A DNA stretch of 22,230 nucleotides from a virus (taxonomy: Duplodnaviria; Heunggongvirae; Uroviricota; Caudoviricetes). The position numbers and the translations under genes were made by a program. Below are positions 8,192-17,809 of this stretch, piece by piece. The stretch is from IMG/VR virus record IMGVR_UViG_2713896776_000007, positions 1 to 22,230 of that record; one strand, 5' to 3'. The notes under the pieces are model-generated. The model was not told where the DNA came from. It ran no database searches and worked only from the letters and a program-made list of their open reading frames with translations. Within the stretch, counting starts at the first letter, position 1, and every line of letters begins with the position of its first letter.

Positions 8192-9564
8192 TGCACTGGC
8201 ACCTTCAGAGGGATCACCGGCACAAAGCCGGGATGCGTAATGGCATTACGCCGGATAATGTCCGCGTCACGCGCCGCGTTATCAAACCAGGTCGCCGCCA
8301 GCACCAGCGCGGGTAAAACCTCATCCGGTGTGCGCTGAATGATCCGAGCAGACTGTTCAAGGCGCGTGTTGATATCCGCATTCAGATCTGCTTTCACCCG
8401 GCGCAGCGCCAGAAACAGCGCATCACTGGTTGTACGGGACAACTCCTTATCAATTGCCGTATTCAGTGTGTCGCGAATGTCGGTCAGTTCTTCCCACGTT
8501 GGCAGGTCAACCGTGTTTTTCACCGCCGGTGCATTGTTCAGTGCCGGATGCGTGACGGAAGGCCAGCCGGAGCTCTGCGCGGGTGTTGTTGACTGCCCCA
8601 CTGCGGCATTCTGCATCACCGCAGAAGTTGTTGGCGCAGGCAATCGGGTGACGGCATACGCCGCTTCGCTGATTGCGGTCGTACGAAGGATGCTGGCAAC
8701 CACGTTACGCTGCTGCGTCGCCGTGGCGGTGGTTTTACTGTCCGTTTTCCAGACGCCGCGCGGTTGCAGATCGCTGCCGAGGCTGACACCGGAAAGCGTT
8801 TTGATCATGGTGACCAGGTCGCTGGCGTTACCATAAAGGCGTTTCCCGGTACGCCACATTTTCTGCACCTGCTCAACGAAATTTTTTCCTGACGATGGCG
8901 GCGGCAGAAGTACCGAGATATCCCCCTGCAACAGCCTGGCAGCATCCGATACGGCAGAATCCACCACTTTCATCGCATCAGAAACATACCCCAGCATTGT
9001 GCTGGCATTACCGACGACGTCGTTCTGCACAAAATCCGCCACGCCATCGATACTGAAACCACTGAAACTGTCACTGATGCAGTCATCCAGTGCAGAACAG
9101 GATGACATCAGCGTCTGCGCCGTCGCCGCACCTGATGTGGGGTAAGAGAGTTCTCCCGCTTCGACAAACTTCAGGTCAAAGCGGACAATACGCCCTTCAC
9201 TTTTCGATGTGCTGACCCGAACTTCCCCGTCAACACAGACTTTCAGCTCACCGTATGTCGGATGGACAAGCGTGCCGGGACCGGGTTTATTCAGCGCATC
9301 AATCAGGCGATCGCGCTGGTCAAAGCAGTCATCTCCCACCACATAAGCCGTGATGGACGGGCGGAAAGTAACTTTTCCCAGATCTTCGGTATAGGGCTTG
9401 TCGCGGTTCGGGTATTCGTGTGTTTCCACACGGCGACCGGTTCCCGCACTTTCTTCTTCAACCTTAAACGATACGCCGCGAAATGACGCGTCCTGAAGTC
9501 TGTCACGCCAGCCTGAAGACGACGAAAGTAATGAAGGTCGGGTGGGAAATGAGGATAAATCCAT
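8188..9564 (-). CDS. DNA circularisation protein N (Mu gp43-like)
   Basis: The N-terminal motif ASFRGVSFKVEEESAGTGRRVETHEYPNRDKPYTEDLG is characteristic of the DNA_circ_N domain. It follows the tape measure gene as in Mu. Confidence 0.85.
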   Translation of the reverse strand: MDLSSFPTRPSLLSSSSGWRDRLQDASFRGVSFKVEEESAGTGRRVETHEYPNRDKPYTEDLGKVTFRPSITAYVVGDDCFDQRDRLIDALNKPGPGTLVHPTYGELKVCVDGEVRVSTSKSEGRIVRFDLKFVEAGELSYPTSGAATAQTLMSSCSALDDCISDSFSGFSIDGVADFVQNDVVGNASTMLGYVSDAMKVVDSAVSDAARLLQGDISVLLPPPSSGKNFVEQVQKMWRTGKRLYGNASDLVTMIKTLSGVSLGSDLQPRGVWKTDSKTTATATQQRNVVASILRTTAISEAAYAVTRLPAPTTSAVMQNAAVGQSTTPAQSSGWPSVTHPALNNAPAVKNTVDLPTWEELTDIRDTLNTAIDKELSRTTSDALFLALRRVKADLNADINTRLEQSARIIQRTPDEVLPALVLAATWFDNAARDADIIRRNAITHPGFVPVIPLKVPVQ

Positions 9565-9588
9565 AGACTGACCTCAAAAAGGACTGCG

Positions 9589-11496
9589 TTATCGTGGAAA
9601 ACGAAAAGGGGAATACCCCACATCGTGCGTGATTTTCATCAGGGGATCGGCTTTGTCCGGTACATCAATTATCTTCATACCTGGCGGAGCATTCTCGAAC
9701 GTGACTTTCAGCTCGCTGTGCTGTGTCATGGAAGAAGATGGATTCAACAGCGGAACATTGGGTTTGTACTGACTCAGGCTGGCCTGATATTGCTCGTACT
9801 CTTTACGATCAAAAAAAGGCGTCCAGTCTGAAGCCAGAAACAGCCCTTTATTATCCAGCCAGTTAACCGTATCTTCAGGAACAACACTTTCCAGAGTATC
9901 TTTAACCGGCTCATACATCAGGGTTCCCAGAAAACCATATACCCCGGCCTTCCCGATAAAGCCGCGGCCTTTCCCCATCAATCCCGTTTCTGCCGATACC
10001 TTCCCCAGCGTACGCATCTCTCTGGTCACTGCGGTAATGGATTTGGTAACGTCAGCAACCCATTTGGTTGCCATAAACAGGGCAATCGCTTTCAGAACAG
10101 TTTCCCATCCCCCCATCGCCTGCGCCGTTTCATCCATCACGTGCCAGACTTTTTTTATGACAGGACCTACGGTTTCCCAGTTATCAATAATGAGGTAAGC
10201 GCCACCAACCAGAAGAGCAATCAGCCCCTTAGCAGGCGTCATATTCATCACACCGCCGAGAACTTTCATAATTCTGGACAAAGAGCCTGCAGCGGCTCCC
10301 ACCGTCAGTAAGGCCAGACCGATTTTAGCAATGGTCTTAACGAGCTCCGGGTTTTCACGGACAAACGTTCTCACTTCCTCAAGGAGCGGTTTTACCGCTT
10401 CAAGACCATCATTAACCTCAGGAAGAAACGTTTCCCCCAGCGTGGAAGAAATGGCATCAAGTTGATTTTGCAGAAGTAAAAGCTGGTTTTCCGTCGTCGC
10501 TGCCCTCGAAGCATATTCCTTCTGCATCGAACTGCCATACTGCTGGGAATCCGCAACCCGCCTGAAGTTGGTACGCAACAAATCAAGGTTAGTCAGCAGA
10601 GGTGCTATCGCGCCCAGAGACTCTTTCCCGAACAGGGCATTCAGCACAGCTGCCCGTTTTTCTTTAGGCACTTTAGCCATCGCATCCAGTACAGATAGCA
10701 TGGTGCCCCGGGCATCTTTCTGCATATCAGCAGCTAATTTCTTCGGATTGATCCGCAGAAAACGCAATGCCTGTTTCTGCGATTTTGTCGCAGAATTTCC
10801 CGCGGTCAGGGAAAGCATGAAGTTCTTGATCCCTGTGGCGGCAATTTCTGACTCCACGCCCATCCCGGCAATGGTTGCCCCCATTGCCGCGATTTCGCCG
10901 GAAGCCACACCTGCAACACCACCTAAAGGACCAATACGCGTAACAATATCGGAGATTTTCTTCGCGTTCGCCGGGCCGGTATTACCAAGGTAGTTGATTT
11001 TGTCAGCCAGCCCGGCCACTTCATCCTGCGTCATATTAAACGCAGTACGCCACTGGGCCATCATCTGCCCGGACTCTTCAGCCGTGGTATCAAAGGCCAC
11101 GCCCATCTTCACCGCATCAGTGGCAAACTGCATCAGTTCATCACGTGCAATCCCGGCCTGACCACCCGCCGCCACGATTTCAGCGATACCTTCCGCCGAC
11201 ATAGGCAGTTCGGTTGACAGGTCACGCACCTGCTCCGTCATGGCCTTAAACGCATCCGGCGTATCCAGACCGTCCACCACTTTGCGGACATCAGCCATCT
11301 TCGATTCAAGGGTGATGGCTGATTTTACAGGGAGTACCAGTGCCCCCATTATTGCAGTACCCGCCCCGGCAGCGCCCAGAGCAAGGCTGGAGACTTCTTT
11401 CTGAAATCCCTTAAGCTGACGCTGCATACCTTTAAGCGGGCCGGATAGCCTGTCAACGGCGGTGATGATGGCTTTCAGCTGAAAATTATCAGCCAT
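9589..11496 (-). CDS. tail tape measure protein (635 aa), cognate to this tail module
   Basis: It has a TP901-type core (SAEGIAEIVAAGGQAGI...INYLGNTGPANAKKISD), hydrophobic central helices, and the expected position after the chaperone gene. Confidence 0.9.
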   Translation of the reverse strand: MADNFQLKAIITAVDRLSGPLKGMQRQLKGFQKEVSSLALGAAGAGTAIMGALVLPVKSAITLESKMADVRKVVDGLDTPDAFKAMTEQVRDLSTELPMSAEGIAEIVAAGGQAGIARDELMQFATDAVKMGVAFDTTAEESGQMMAQWRTAFNMTQDEVAGLADKINYLGNTGPANAKKISDIVTRIGPLGGVAGVASGEIAAMGATIAGMGVESEIAATGIKNFMLSLTAGNSATKSQKQALRFLRINPKKLAADMQKDARGTMLSVLDAMAKVPKEKRAAVLNALFGKESLGAIAPLLTNLDLLRTNFRRVADSQQYGSSMQKEYASRAATTENQLLLLQNQLDAISSTLGETFLPEVNDGLEAVKPLLEEVRTFVRENPELVKTIAKIGLALLTVGAAAGSLSRIMKVLGGVMNMTPAKGLIALLVGGAYLIIDNWETVGPVIKKVWHVMDETAQAMGGWETVLKAIALFMATKWVADVTKSITAVTREMRTLGKVSAETGLMGKGRGFIGKAGVYGFLGTLMYEPVKDTLESVVPEDTVNWLDNKGLFLASDWTPFFDRKEYEQYQASLSQYKPNVPLLNPSSSMTQHSELKVTFENAPPGMKIIDVPDKADPLMKITHDVGYSPFRFPR

Positions 11497-11904
11497 GCTT
11501 CATCTCCTCATTTATACGGACGGCCTCTGCCTCCAGATCAGCAAAGTGGGAAATAGCCGTCCGGCGAAGTTCAAGGGGGTTTAATTTCCAGAACCACGCG
11601 ACATTGTAGAATCGCTTCCGGAGGTCTCTTCCGTCTCCAAGCCGGTAAAAAAACGCATTACAATCATGCCTGCCTTGAAAATATCCAGCTTCGTCATCTG
11701 CGCTGCAGACGAGCGCGGGATCCCGGCCAGAAGCGGGATATATTTCAGCGCCACCTGACTGTCCATTTTCATACCACCATCAGGCGAAACAGAGAAAGGG
11801 AACCCCAGCGCCTCAATCTCGTCATACGTAGGCTCACGTATTTCCAGCACATGCAGTGTTTCTTTGTGGGCGATGATCGGTTTTTTAAGTACAAGCTCAA
11901 TCAC
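11489..11904 (-). CDS. tail assembly chaperone, predicted -1 frameshift product (G-T analogue)
   Basis: On the coding strand the zero frame reads CGT TTT TTT ACC. The -1 frame is open from the T7 run to a TGA that overlaps the tape-measure ATG (ATGGCTGA). It adds ...YRLGDGRDLRKRFYNVAWFWKLNPLELRRTAISHFADLEAEAVRINEEMKHG. Confidence 0.6.
11581..11904 (-). CDS. tail assembly chaperone (Mu gp41-like), zero-frame product
   Basis: It is 107 aa and sits between the tube and tape measure genes. It contains a slippery run near its 3' end. Confidence 0.7.
   Translation of the reverse strand: MIELVLKKPIIAHKETLHVLEIREPTYDEIEALGFPFSVSPDGGMKMDSQVALKYIPLLAGIPRSSAAQMTKLDIFKAGMIVMRFFTGLETEETSGSDSTMSRGSGN
11647..11653 (-). 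promoter_or_regulatory. slippery heptamer T TTT TTT for a programmed -1 frameshift
   Basis: There are seven A on the + strand, hence seven T on the coding strand, in X XXY YYZ register with the chaperone frame. Confidence 0.6.
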
Positions 11905-12257
11905 TGGTAATCCCCTTCTTCACCGTGGAACTCAAGATCGACCGTGCCTTCTTCGGCATTATGGTTCGCTTCGCCGTGCAGCCAGGCAGACGACAGTACA
12001 TAGACCTGACCGTTCGCCAGCTCGGCAGTGATGGTCATCTCATCAGACGAGGTGATTTTGCTCACCGGAAAATTCTTCGGCACCTTGAAGGTCCCTTTGA
12101 CATAAGGCGCACGGTGAGTTTCCTTGCGGTCCACTGAACCGTCCAGGCCGATGATGTCATCATTGACCGTCCTGTTCATGGGCACCTCAATGCCGCCGGT
12201 CAGCGATAGCTGCTGACCGTCAATTTTGAAATAACAGGTTCCCCCGATACGGGCCAT
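11901..12257 (-). CDS. tail tube protein (Mu M / gp40-like)
   Basis: It is 118 aa (MARIGGTCYFKIDGQQLSLTGG...) and directly follows the sheath gene with overlapping stop and start. Confidence 0.8.
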   Translation of the reverse strand: MARIGGTCYFKIDGQQLSLTGGIEVPMNRTVNDDIIGLDGSVDRKETHRAPYVKGTFKVPKNFPVSKITSSDEMTITAELANGQVYVLSSAWLHGEANHNAEEGTVDLEFHGEEGDYQ

Positions 12258-13753
12258 TATGCGGACTCCTCTGAATACTGAAGACGGAACTGGTTAACCA
12301 CGGCAAAGACACGCAACTGGTTAACATAGTCAGGCGGGAACAGCGTGTTCAGGCGGTTCGGATCGCTGGCATCACGCTCCACAACTAGGTACTGCTTAAA
12401 CAGTGCGTAGTTTTCCACGATCCCCGCACGCTCAAGCTGACGGTAGGTTGCCAGCAGTTCCCCTTTGATCACCGCCGGGGTGACAATCGCCTGACCGGGA
12501 CCAAAGCGGGTACCGTCACTGGCAAGCTTGTGACGCCCGTACTTACTGGTAATGACGGATTTCAGTTTGCGCAGTACATACGCGCTGGTATGCAGGGTCT
12601 CACTGTCTAGGTAGCTGTTATCCGCAACCCCGTAAGCGTTTTTCCTGTACGTGGTGACATCACGCTGAATGCGCAGTACCCCGCTTTCGACATACGCCGT
12701 TGCCACGCCATGAGACAGCAGGGTCTGTTGTTCGGTCATCGTGAACCGTTTCCCCTTCGGCGCAGGCAGCATACCCACCAGCTCACCGGTCTGCGTGGGA
12801 CGTGCCGGATCGTTGCGAATAAACACCGCTGCGCGGGCGGTACGGCTTGCCGCCAGTTCGTCGGCAGGCGTCTGGGTCTCTTTTTCGTACCCCGCCAGGG
12901 TAATGTGCTGCTGGTTAAACTGGTCACCTGCGGTCACCAGTTCTGACAGCGTGCCGATCTTTGCCGTATACACATGACCATACAGCTGACGCGCATAGCT
13001 CCAGCGACCGCTGGTATCGTTCATCTCGGTCACCAGCGTGTTAACGGAGGCCGTGTCGTTGAACGGCAGGCCGATATAATCAAACGGCTCATCCGCCATT
13101 GCAGCCACCGCGCCGGTGAGAACCGGAGCACCCGTTCCGGCGGTACCCGTCGCCACGGCAATCTGTACGCCCGCTGGCAGCACTTCGCCCCCACCAAAGC
13201 CGTAGTAATTGAGGCTGACAGGAATTTCATTCCCGCAAAGCCCCTTATGACGCGCGGTCAGTGTGACCACGCCTGCCGAAGATGAAGCCGTAAACGGCAG
13301 GGCCGGAACGGCATTGATGGCATCTTTGATACTGCTGGCAATCGTCGTGACGTTATCGCCGTTGGTCACCGGAGCCTGCACGCGGGTACGTCCCACATAG
13401 ACATTCACCGTGCCGGTTTCGGTTGCCGCCCCGGTCACCGTCAGCGTAACCGTTGCCGCCGCGCCTGTGGATTCAGGAACGGCAATCACATACAGCTCAC
13501 CAAACGGGTCGGTCTGGCGATAAGCCTCGACCATACGCGCCAGCTGACTTCCCGCACCACAAATCTGGCGTGCATAGTCTGCCGACGGCATCAGTACCAG
13601 ACTGTTGGCAACAATCTCTGCACCGTTATTGGCATGACCAATCAGCAGCGATGCTCCGCTGTCCTGTGCAGTATTCGCCGCCGAGTTATCCATTTCCGCA
13701 TAAAACAACGGAACCAGCGTATTCGACGGAATGGTGTTAAAGCTTATCGTCAT
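12257..13753 (-). CDS. contractile tail sheath protein (Mu L / gp39-like)
   Basis: It is 498 aa. Its size, position and sequence character match Mu-type sheath proteins. Confidence 0.85.
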   Translation of the reverse strand: MTISFNTIPSNTLVPLFYAEMDNSAANTAQDSGASLLIGHANNGAEIVANSLVLMPSADYARQICGAGSQLARMVEAYRQTDPFGELYVIAVPESTGAAATVTLTVTGAATETGTVNVYVGRTRVQAPVTNGDNVTTIASSIKDAINAVPALPFTASSSAGVVTLTARHKGLCGNEIPVSLNYYGFGGGEVLPAGVQIAVATGTAGTGAPVLTGAVAAMADEPFDYIGLPFNDTASVNTLVTEMNDTSGRWSYARQLYGHVYTAKIGTLSELVTAGDQFNQQHITLAGYEKETQTPADELAASRTARAAVFIRNDPARPTQTGELVGMLPAPKGKRFTMTEQQTLLSHGVATAYVESGVLRIQRDVTTYRKNAYGVADNSYLDSETLHTSAYVLRKLKSVITSKYGRHKLASDGTRFGPGQAIVTPAVIKGELLATYRQLERAGIVENYALFKQYLVVERDASDPNRLNTLFPPDYVNQLRVFAVVNQFRLQYSEESA

Positions 13754-13907
13754 CGGTATTCACCTTTTTATTCACGCGCCGGATATCACCCGCTGCTTCA
13801 CGGCGCAGCCAGTAGTTGTTCTCGTCAACATTTCGCCCTTCGGCGGGCAAAAGGTCGCCGCGGGCAGGGTCAGGAACTGACCGCCCTTTAACAGGTTTCA
13901 CAAACAT
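13737..13907 (-). CDS. DUF2635-like small tail-module protein (Mu gp38 position), not in the ORF track
   Basis: My manual translation is MFVKPVKGRSVPDPARGDLLPAEGRNVDENNYWLRREAAGDIRRVNKKVNTDDDKL (56 aa). The pattern VKP..G..V.DP....LP.EG..V....YW.RR...GD is the DUF2635 signature as I recall it. It overlaps the sheath start by 17 nt. Confidence 0.65.
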   Translation of the reverse strand: MFVKPVKGRSVPDPARGDLLPAEGRNVDENNYWLRREAAGDIRRVNKKVNTDDDKL

Positions 13908-13915
13908 GAAGATTC

Positions 13916-14476
13916 TCAGGAAGGAAGGGTTATTTCGGTGTGATGTTCGATATCGCCGTCAGGCCCGTTACCGGGATCGAGATAATCAACATCAATCGCC
14001 AGCGTTCGCAGTTCATCCAGACTGTTCAGGTCATCCTGCTGGCGGGTATCGTCTTCAGTCAGCTCGCTGATGACCGAAAAATCGAACTGATAAATCAGCT
14101 CATGACGATTCAGATCCAGCAGCGTGCCGCCGTCATAGGTAATCGGGTTACCGCACGCCTCCGGGTTCCAGCCCAGCAGAGCCTTAAAGAGCATCTGCCG
14201 GACATCGTCCACCACATCATACGAGGCAAACTGACCGCGCTCATCACGCCCGTTACTCAGTATGACAACCACGGAGAAACCCTCTTTCAGCTCCTGCCAG
14301 TAGTCGGTCTGGCTTTTGTTTTCTCCCGGAGAATCATCACCCGGTACAACATATGCCGCCGGGAGTTTCAGCTTTCCGACCTCCGGCAGATTTTTGAACT
14401 GGGCCGCGCCTGCAACCCGGTTTTCAAAATACGGACAGCGGGCACGCAGTGCAGCAATAACAGGCGTCAGTTTCAT
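13916..14476 (-). CDS. Mu gp37-like tail completion/terminator-region protein (DUF1834-like)
   Basis: It is 186 aa and lies upstream of DUF2635 and the sheath gene, as in Mu-type tail clusters. The family assignment is from memory of the general sequence character only. Confidence 0.6.
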   Translation of the reverse strand: MKLTPVIAALRARCPYFENRVAGAAQFKNLPEVGKLKLPAAYVVPGDDSPGENKSQTDYWQELKEGFSVVVILSNGRDERGQFASYDVVDDVRQMLFKALLGWNPEACGNPITYDGGTLLDLNRHELIYQFDFSVISELTEDDTRQQDDLNSLDELRTLAIDVDYLDPGNGPDGDIEHHTEITLPS

Positions 14477-14568
14477 CTGTGTCGTCGCTCCGGCTTCAGT
14501 GATTTACGCAATTCCCGCGCCAGAAAATAGCGTGTCCAGCTGCGGTTCTTTTCAAGAGTTTCCACCAT
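14473..14568 (-). pseudogene. 31-codon ORF, possibly the 3' remnant of a head-tail joining gene
   Basis: The ORF reads MVETLEKNRSWTRYFLARELRKSLKPERRHR and has an ATGA stop/start overlap with the gp37-like gene. The same frame stays open without an ATG up to about 14680. This suggests a truncated upstream gene at a mosaic joint. Confidence 0.3.
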
Positions 14569-14704
14569 GAAGTTATTACGTGGAGCCAGTCGCCAGCCGC
14601 TGCCACCGGATGCACCTGATCCACCGCGCGATAAATAAGCCGCAATCCGTGAGATAAATGGACACGGTGCGGCTTTTCAGATACTGCAAAGGAATTACAA
14701 ATTA

Positions 14705-17182
14705 TCAGTCGTAAGCAACCCGGCGCTTACGGGCAAGAATAGCTTCCAGCGCTCTTTCAATCTCAGGAATGGACAGCTTAAGCGCATTCGCTACATCCGG
14801 TGCTGGTGACTTGTTCTTGCCATCAATATAGATATGGTTAATGACGTTAATCCCTGCACCTGCCGGTGAATGTGAATCCCGGCCTCTGGATAAGGTAAGG
14901 TCGCCGCGCATATAGCGCTCTAATACGGGTGGTACTTTCGGTACATCCGGCACCATCATATCAGCCAGCCGCGAGGAGGCTTTTAGCGCCAGCGATGCAG
15001 ACTGACCGATACCAATCGCCGCCCCTTCTGCGATGTTTGAACCGAAGCCCATAAAGACCCGGCTTGGCGAGTGAATCCCCAGCTTTTCCTTGAACCACCC
15101 GCCGACGCTATCGCCCATCTCGGTAACGGTATTCTTGAGCGACTCCCACTTATTTTTGATACCGTTCACCAGTCCGTCAATCAGGTGACCGCCAAACTCG
15201 GTAAACTGGCCGGGAAGGTCGATGTTAAACCACTTCATGACCCCCGCAAACGCCTTGTAGAACAGCCCCAGCGGCGACCAGTTCAGGATTAGCTTACTGA
15301 CGCCGAGAACGCCGCCGTTAAAGGCCGTTTTGACTTCCTCCCATCGCTGTGAGAACCATCGACTTATTGCCCCCCAGTTGCGGTATATCAGGTATGCGCC
15401 CCCGGCGATGACGGTTATCGCAATGCCTAAGGGATTCATCATCAGCGCCCGGCCAAACCAGAGAAATGCTTTTGCAACGACCATGACGCCCCTGAACAGC
15501 CCACCTGCCAGCGCTTTACCCAGCGTCCCGGCTCCCTTCGCTACGGTACTGAATCCAGTAGCCAGCCAGCGCAACCTGCCACCAACACCAAGGGCGGCTT
15601 TCAGCTTCACCCAATGAGTGTGTACCAGAACAGCGTTTTTCCACATCCCAACAAAAGGTGAAAAAAGCAGATTAAGGCCGAGCTTCAGACCGACAGTGGC
15701 AATTTTCAGCCCCAGCAGTGCGCCCACGGTTTTTGCCACACCCTGAACAAGCGTCGGATGTTGCTCTATCCAGAGCTTCGTTGTCTGAATCATCGGGATT
15801 AATTGCCGGGTTGCTGACACAAATGTAGGGGACAACTGATCGCCGAGAGAGATAGATAAATCACGGGTGTTTATCATCAGGGCTTTGGTTGCTTCCAGCG
15901 GCGATTTGAGCCTTTCAGCATAGGATGCCGCCAGCAGGTCATTATCAGCCGCTTTAAGTGCACCAGAGCGGATTGCCCTGTATTTATCCATGTTAGCAAG
16001 CATAGGGCGAACGAACGCCATTACCTGCATATCGGTGAACATCTCACCCAGCCCAAAGTTTTTAGCCAGACTTTGTAAGGCCTCGTCCCGCGCTTTGTTG
16101 TCCTGAATTTGCATTGCGGATTTAAAACCAGCCAGAGCTTTCGGACTCGTTGCATTAAGGTATCTTTGGGTTACATCCAGCATACCTTCAATGGGGGAAA
16201 CTCCGGCTGCTTTATAATTCGCAAGAGACCCCATCAGGTCGATACCTAAATCGGCAAATCGCTTCTGCGTATCAGGCGCAAAAATCTTGGTGAGGAAGTT
16301 CCTGAAATTGTTTGCAGTCTCATCCGGTGAACCTGAACCAATCATAGCGACCTGCAAACTGGCCCCAATCTCCGCCACTGCATCCTTACCGTCTGCAATA
16401 CCCTGCATCATCGGCGCAAGCGACTGAATCCATTTCACCTGGTCAGGGATTTCAAAAGACCCCTGGTCACCTGCGTAGGCCATGATGTTCTGTACCGCGC
16501 CAAATTCTTTTGCGCTGCCTTTCAGCGAGTTTTGCCACACCGCCGCAACCTTTGCCCATTCCGTTCCTGCGGTACGGGTTGCCGTGGCTGCACGGGCGAT
16601 ATTCGGCATGTAGTTGCCAATATCTGAAAGCCCGTCAATGTTATCGCTGATAAGTGAACCAACGGCGTCCTGCATATCGCTCTGATACTGGTTGTATTTG
16701 AGCGACCACCCTTTGATTTGCTCTCCCAGAGTCTTACGGGTTTTATCGTCATATTTCGCTGTGATTGACATATCAATCATTTTATCTTCAAACGATGCCG
16801 ACTGTTCTATAGCCGGGGACACAAGACTGTAAGCAGCCCTGACTTGTGCATACGCCTCTACTCCCTGACCGTAGAGCGCCATGCGGTTAGATTTCAGGGC
16901 GTCAGAAGTGGCAGACGCTGCCGACAGGCGGGACTGCTGGCGGTTAAGCTGTTCCAGCGTTCTGCCGACCCGTTGCAGGTCATTGTTCAGGCGCGAGGCT
17001 ACGCCCGAACCAACCTGACCGTAACGCTGCATGGCGCGTGACAGGCTGCTTTGCTGCTCCGTCAGTCGGCGTGAGGTGTCGCCGAGAGAATCCAGAGTAC
17101 GCCGGGTACTGCTCATCGCGGAACGAAAACTGCTCCCGACAATGCCGCCAATCATCACGCCAACAGAAAAATTATTGCTCAT
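14705..17182 (-). CDS. second tape-measure-like protein (825 aa), out of normal tail-gene context
   Basis: It has a TP901-type core region, long predicted helices and hydrophobic glycine-rich central segments. Near the C-terminus is the IHSPSRVF motif, which is common in tape measure proteins. GGAG lies 6 nt upstream of the ATG. Confidence 0.8.
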   Translation of the reverse strand: MSNNFSVGVMIGGIVGSSFRSAMSSTRRTLDSLGDTSRRLTEQQSSLSRAMQRYGQVGSGVASRLNNDLQRVGRTLEQLNRQQSRLSAASATSDALKSNRMALYGQGVEAYAQVRAAYSLVSPAIEQSASFEDKMIDMSITAKYDDKTRKTLGEQIKGWSLKYNQYQSDMQDAVGSLISDNIDGLSDIGNYMPNIARAATATRTAGTEWAKVAAVWQNSLKGSAKEFGAVQNIMAYAGDQGSFEIPDQVKWIQSLAPMMQGIADGKDAVAEIGASLQVAMIGSGSPDETANNFRNFLTKIFAPDTQKRFADLGIDLMGSLANYKAAGVSPIEGMLDVTQRYLNATSPKALAGFKSAMQIQDNKARDEALQSLAKNFGLGEMFTDMQVMAFVRPMLANMDKYRAIRSGALKAADNDLLAASYAERLKSPLEATKALMINTRDLSISLGDQLSPTFVSATRQLIPMIQTTKLWIEQHPTLVQGVAKTVGALLGLKIATVGLKLGLNLLFSPFVGMWKNAVLVHTHWVKLKAALGVGGRLRWLATGFSTVAKGAGTLGKALAGGLFRGVMVVAKAFLWFGRALMMNPLGIAITVIAGGAYLIYRNWGAISRWFSQRWEEVKTAFNGGVLGVSKLILNWSPLGLFYKAFAGVMKWFNIDLPGQFTEFGGHLIDGLVNGIKNKWESLKNTVTEMGDSVGGWFKEKLGIHSPSRVFMGFGSNIAEGAAIGIGQSASLALKASSRLADMMVPDVPKVPPVLERYMRGDLTLSRGRDSHSPAGAGINVINHIYIDGKNKSPAPDVANALKLSIPEIERALEAILARKRRVAYD

Positions 17183-17214
17183 GGTTCACTCCGGTAATGA
17201 GTGGTTCGGTGGCG

Positions 17215-17808
17215 TCATTCGGTCAGGGACAGGCCGCTGATTCCGGTAATCCCGGCAATTTCCTCGCTGACAGCCATCAGTTCACTTTCAAGCCCGGTAC
17301 GTTCGCTGACCAGCGCCGCAACGGTCTTACGGCGTTCTGCCAGTGACGGAAGTTTGTCATTGCCCCACACCACGCTTTTATCCTTCTTAAGCGCTTCGGT
17401 CAGGCGGGTGGCGACCACATCCGGGAAGAAAAAGCAGAGCTTGCGCATAACCGCCATCCCGGTATCAGCCGGGGAGATGTTTCCACCCAACCCCACCAGA
17501 CGGAACAGGCCGGAAATATCGCCGCTCTCATTCTCCAGATTGCCCCAGCGTTCGGCGTTCCCTTCACTGCCGGAACTGTTGCAGAGGACACGCTTGAATG
17601 ACTGATATTCTTCCTGCCCGAATCGCTCAATATATTCAGGAATGAAAGAACAGTAATCATTAAGCGATAAAGGCATATCCTGTAATGTGGTTATTTCGCC
17701 GTTAATTTCACTAATGCGGCGAGAGAGTTTTTCTTTCTGCTCATTCAGGGAGGCAAGATTATTTTTAACGGCGTTCAGTGCTTCGATAAGGGAAATAACT
17801 GGTTTCAT
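17215..17808 (-). CDS. hypothetical protein with coiled-coil ends (197 aa)
   Basis: It is a clean ORF whose start is 1 nt from the upstream stop. It is heptad-like at the N-terminus (LNAVKNNLASLNEQKEKLSRRISEINGEITTLQ) and at the C-terminus. I recognise no family, but a scaffold-like role is conceivable. Confidence 0.45.
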   Translation of the reverse strand: MKPVISLIEALNAVKNNLASLNEQKEKLSRRISEINGEITTLQDMPLSLNDYCSFIPEYIERFGQEEYQSFKRVLCNSSGSEGNAERWGNLENESGDISGLFRLVGLGGNISPADTGMAVMRKLCFFFPDVVATRLTEALKKDKSVVWGNDKLPSLAERRKTVAALVSERTGLESELMAVSEEIAGITGISGLSLTE

Positions 17809-17809
17809 T

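Noticed and set aside
4327-17605. Numerous 60-196-aa ORFs antisense to or out of frame with the large tail genes. Examples are 6151-6609+, 7682-8020+, 8339-8836+, 10568-10993+, 12974-13285+, 13940-14530+ and 17201-17605+.
   Set aside because: These are typical shadow ORFs of GC-rich coding DNA. They are Arg/Pro/Ser/Cys-rich, lack ribosome binding sites, and are fully nested in well-supported genes on the other strand or frame.
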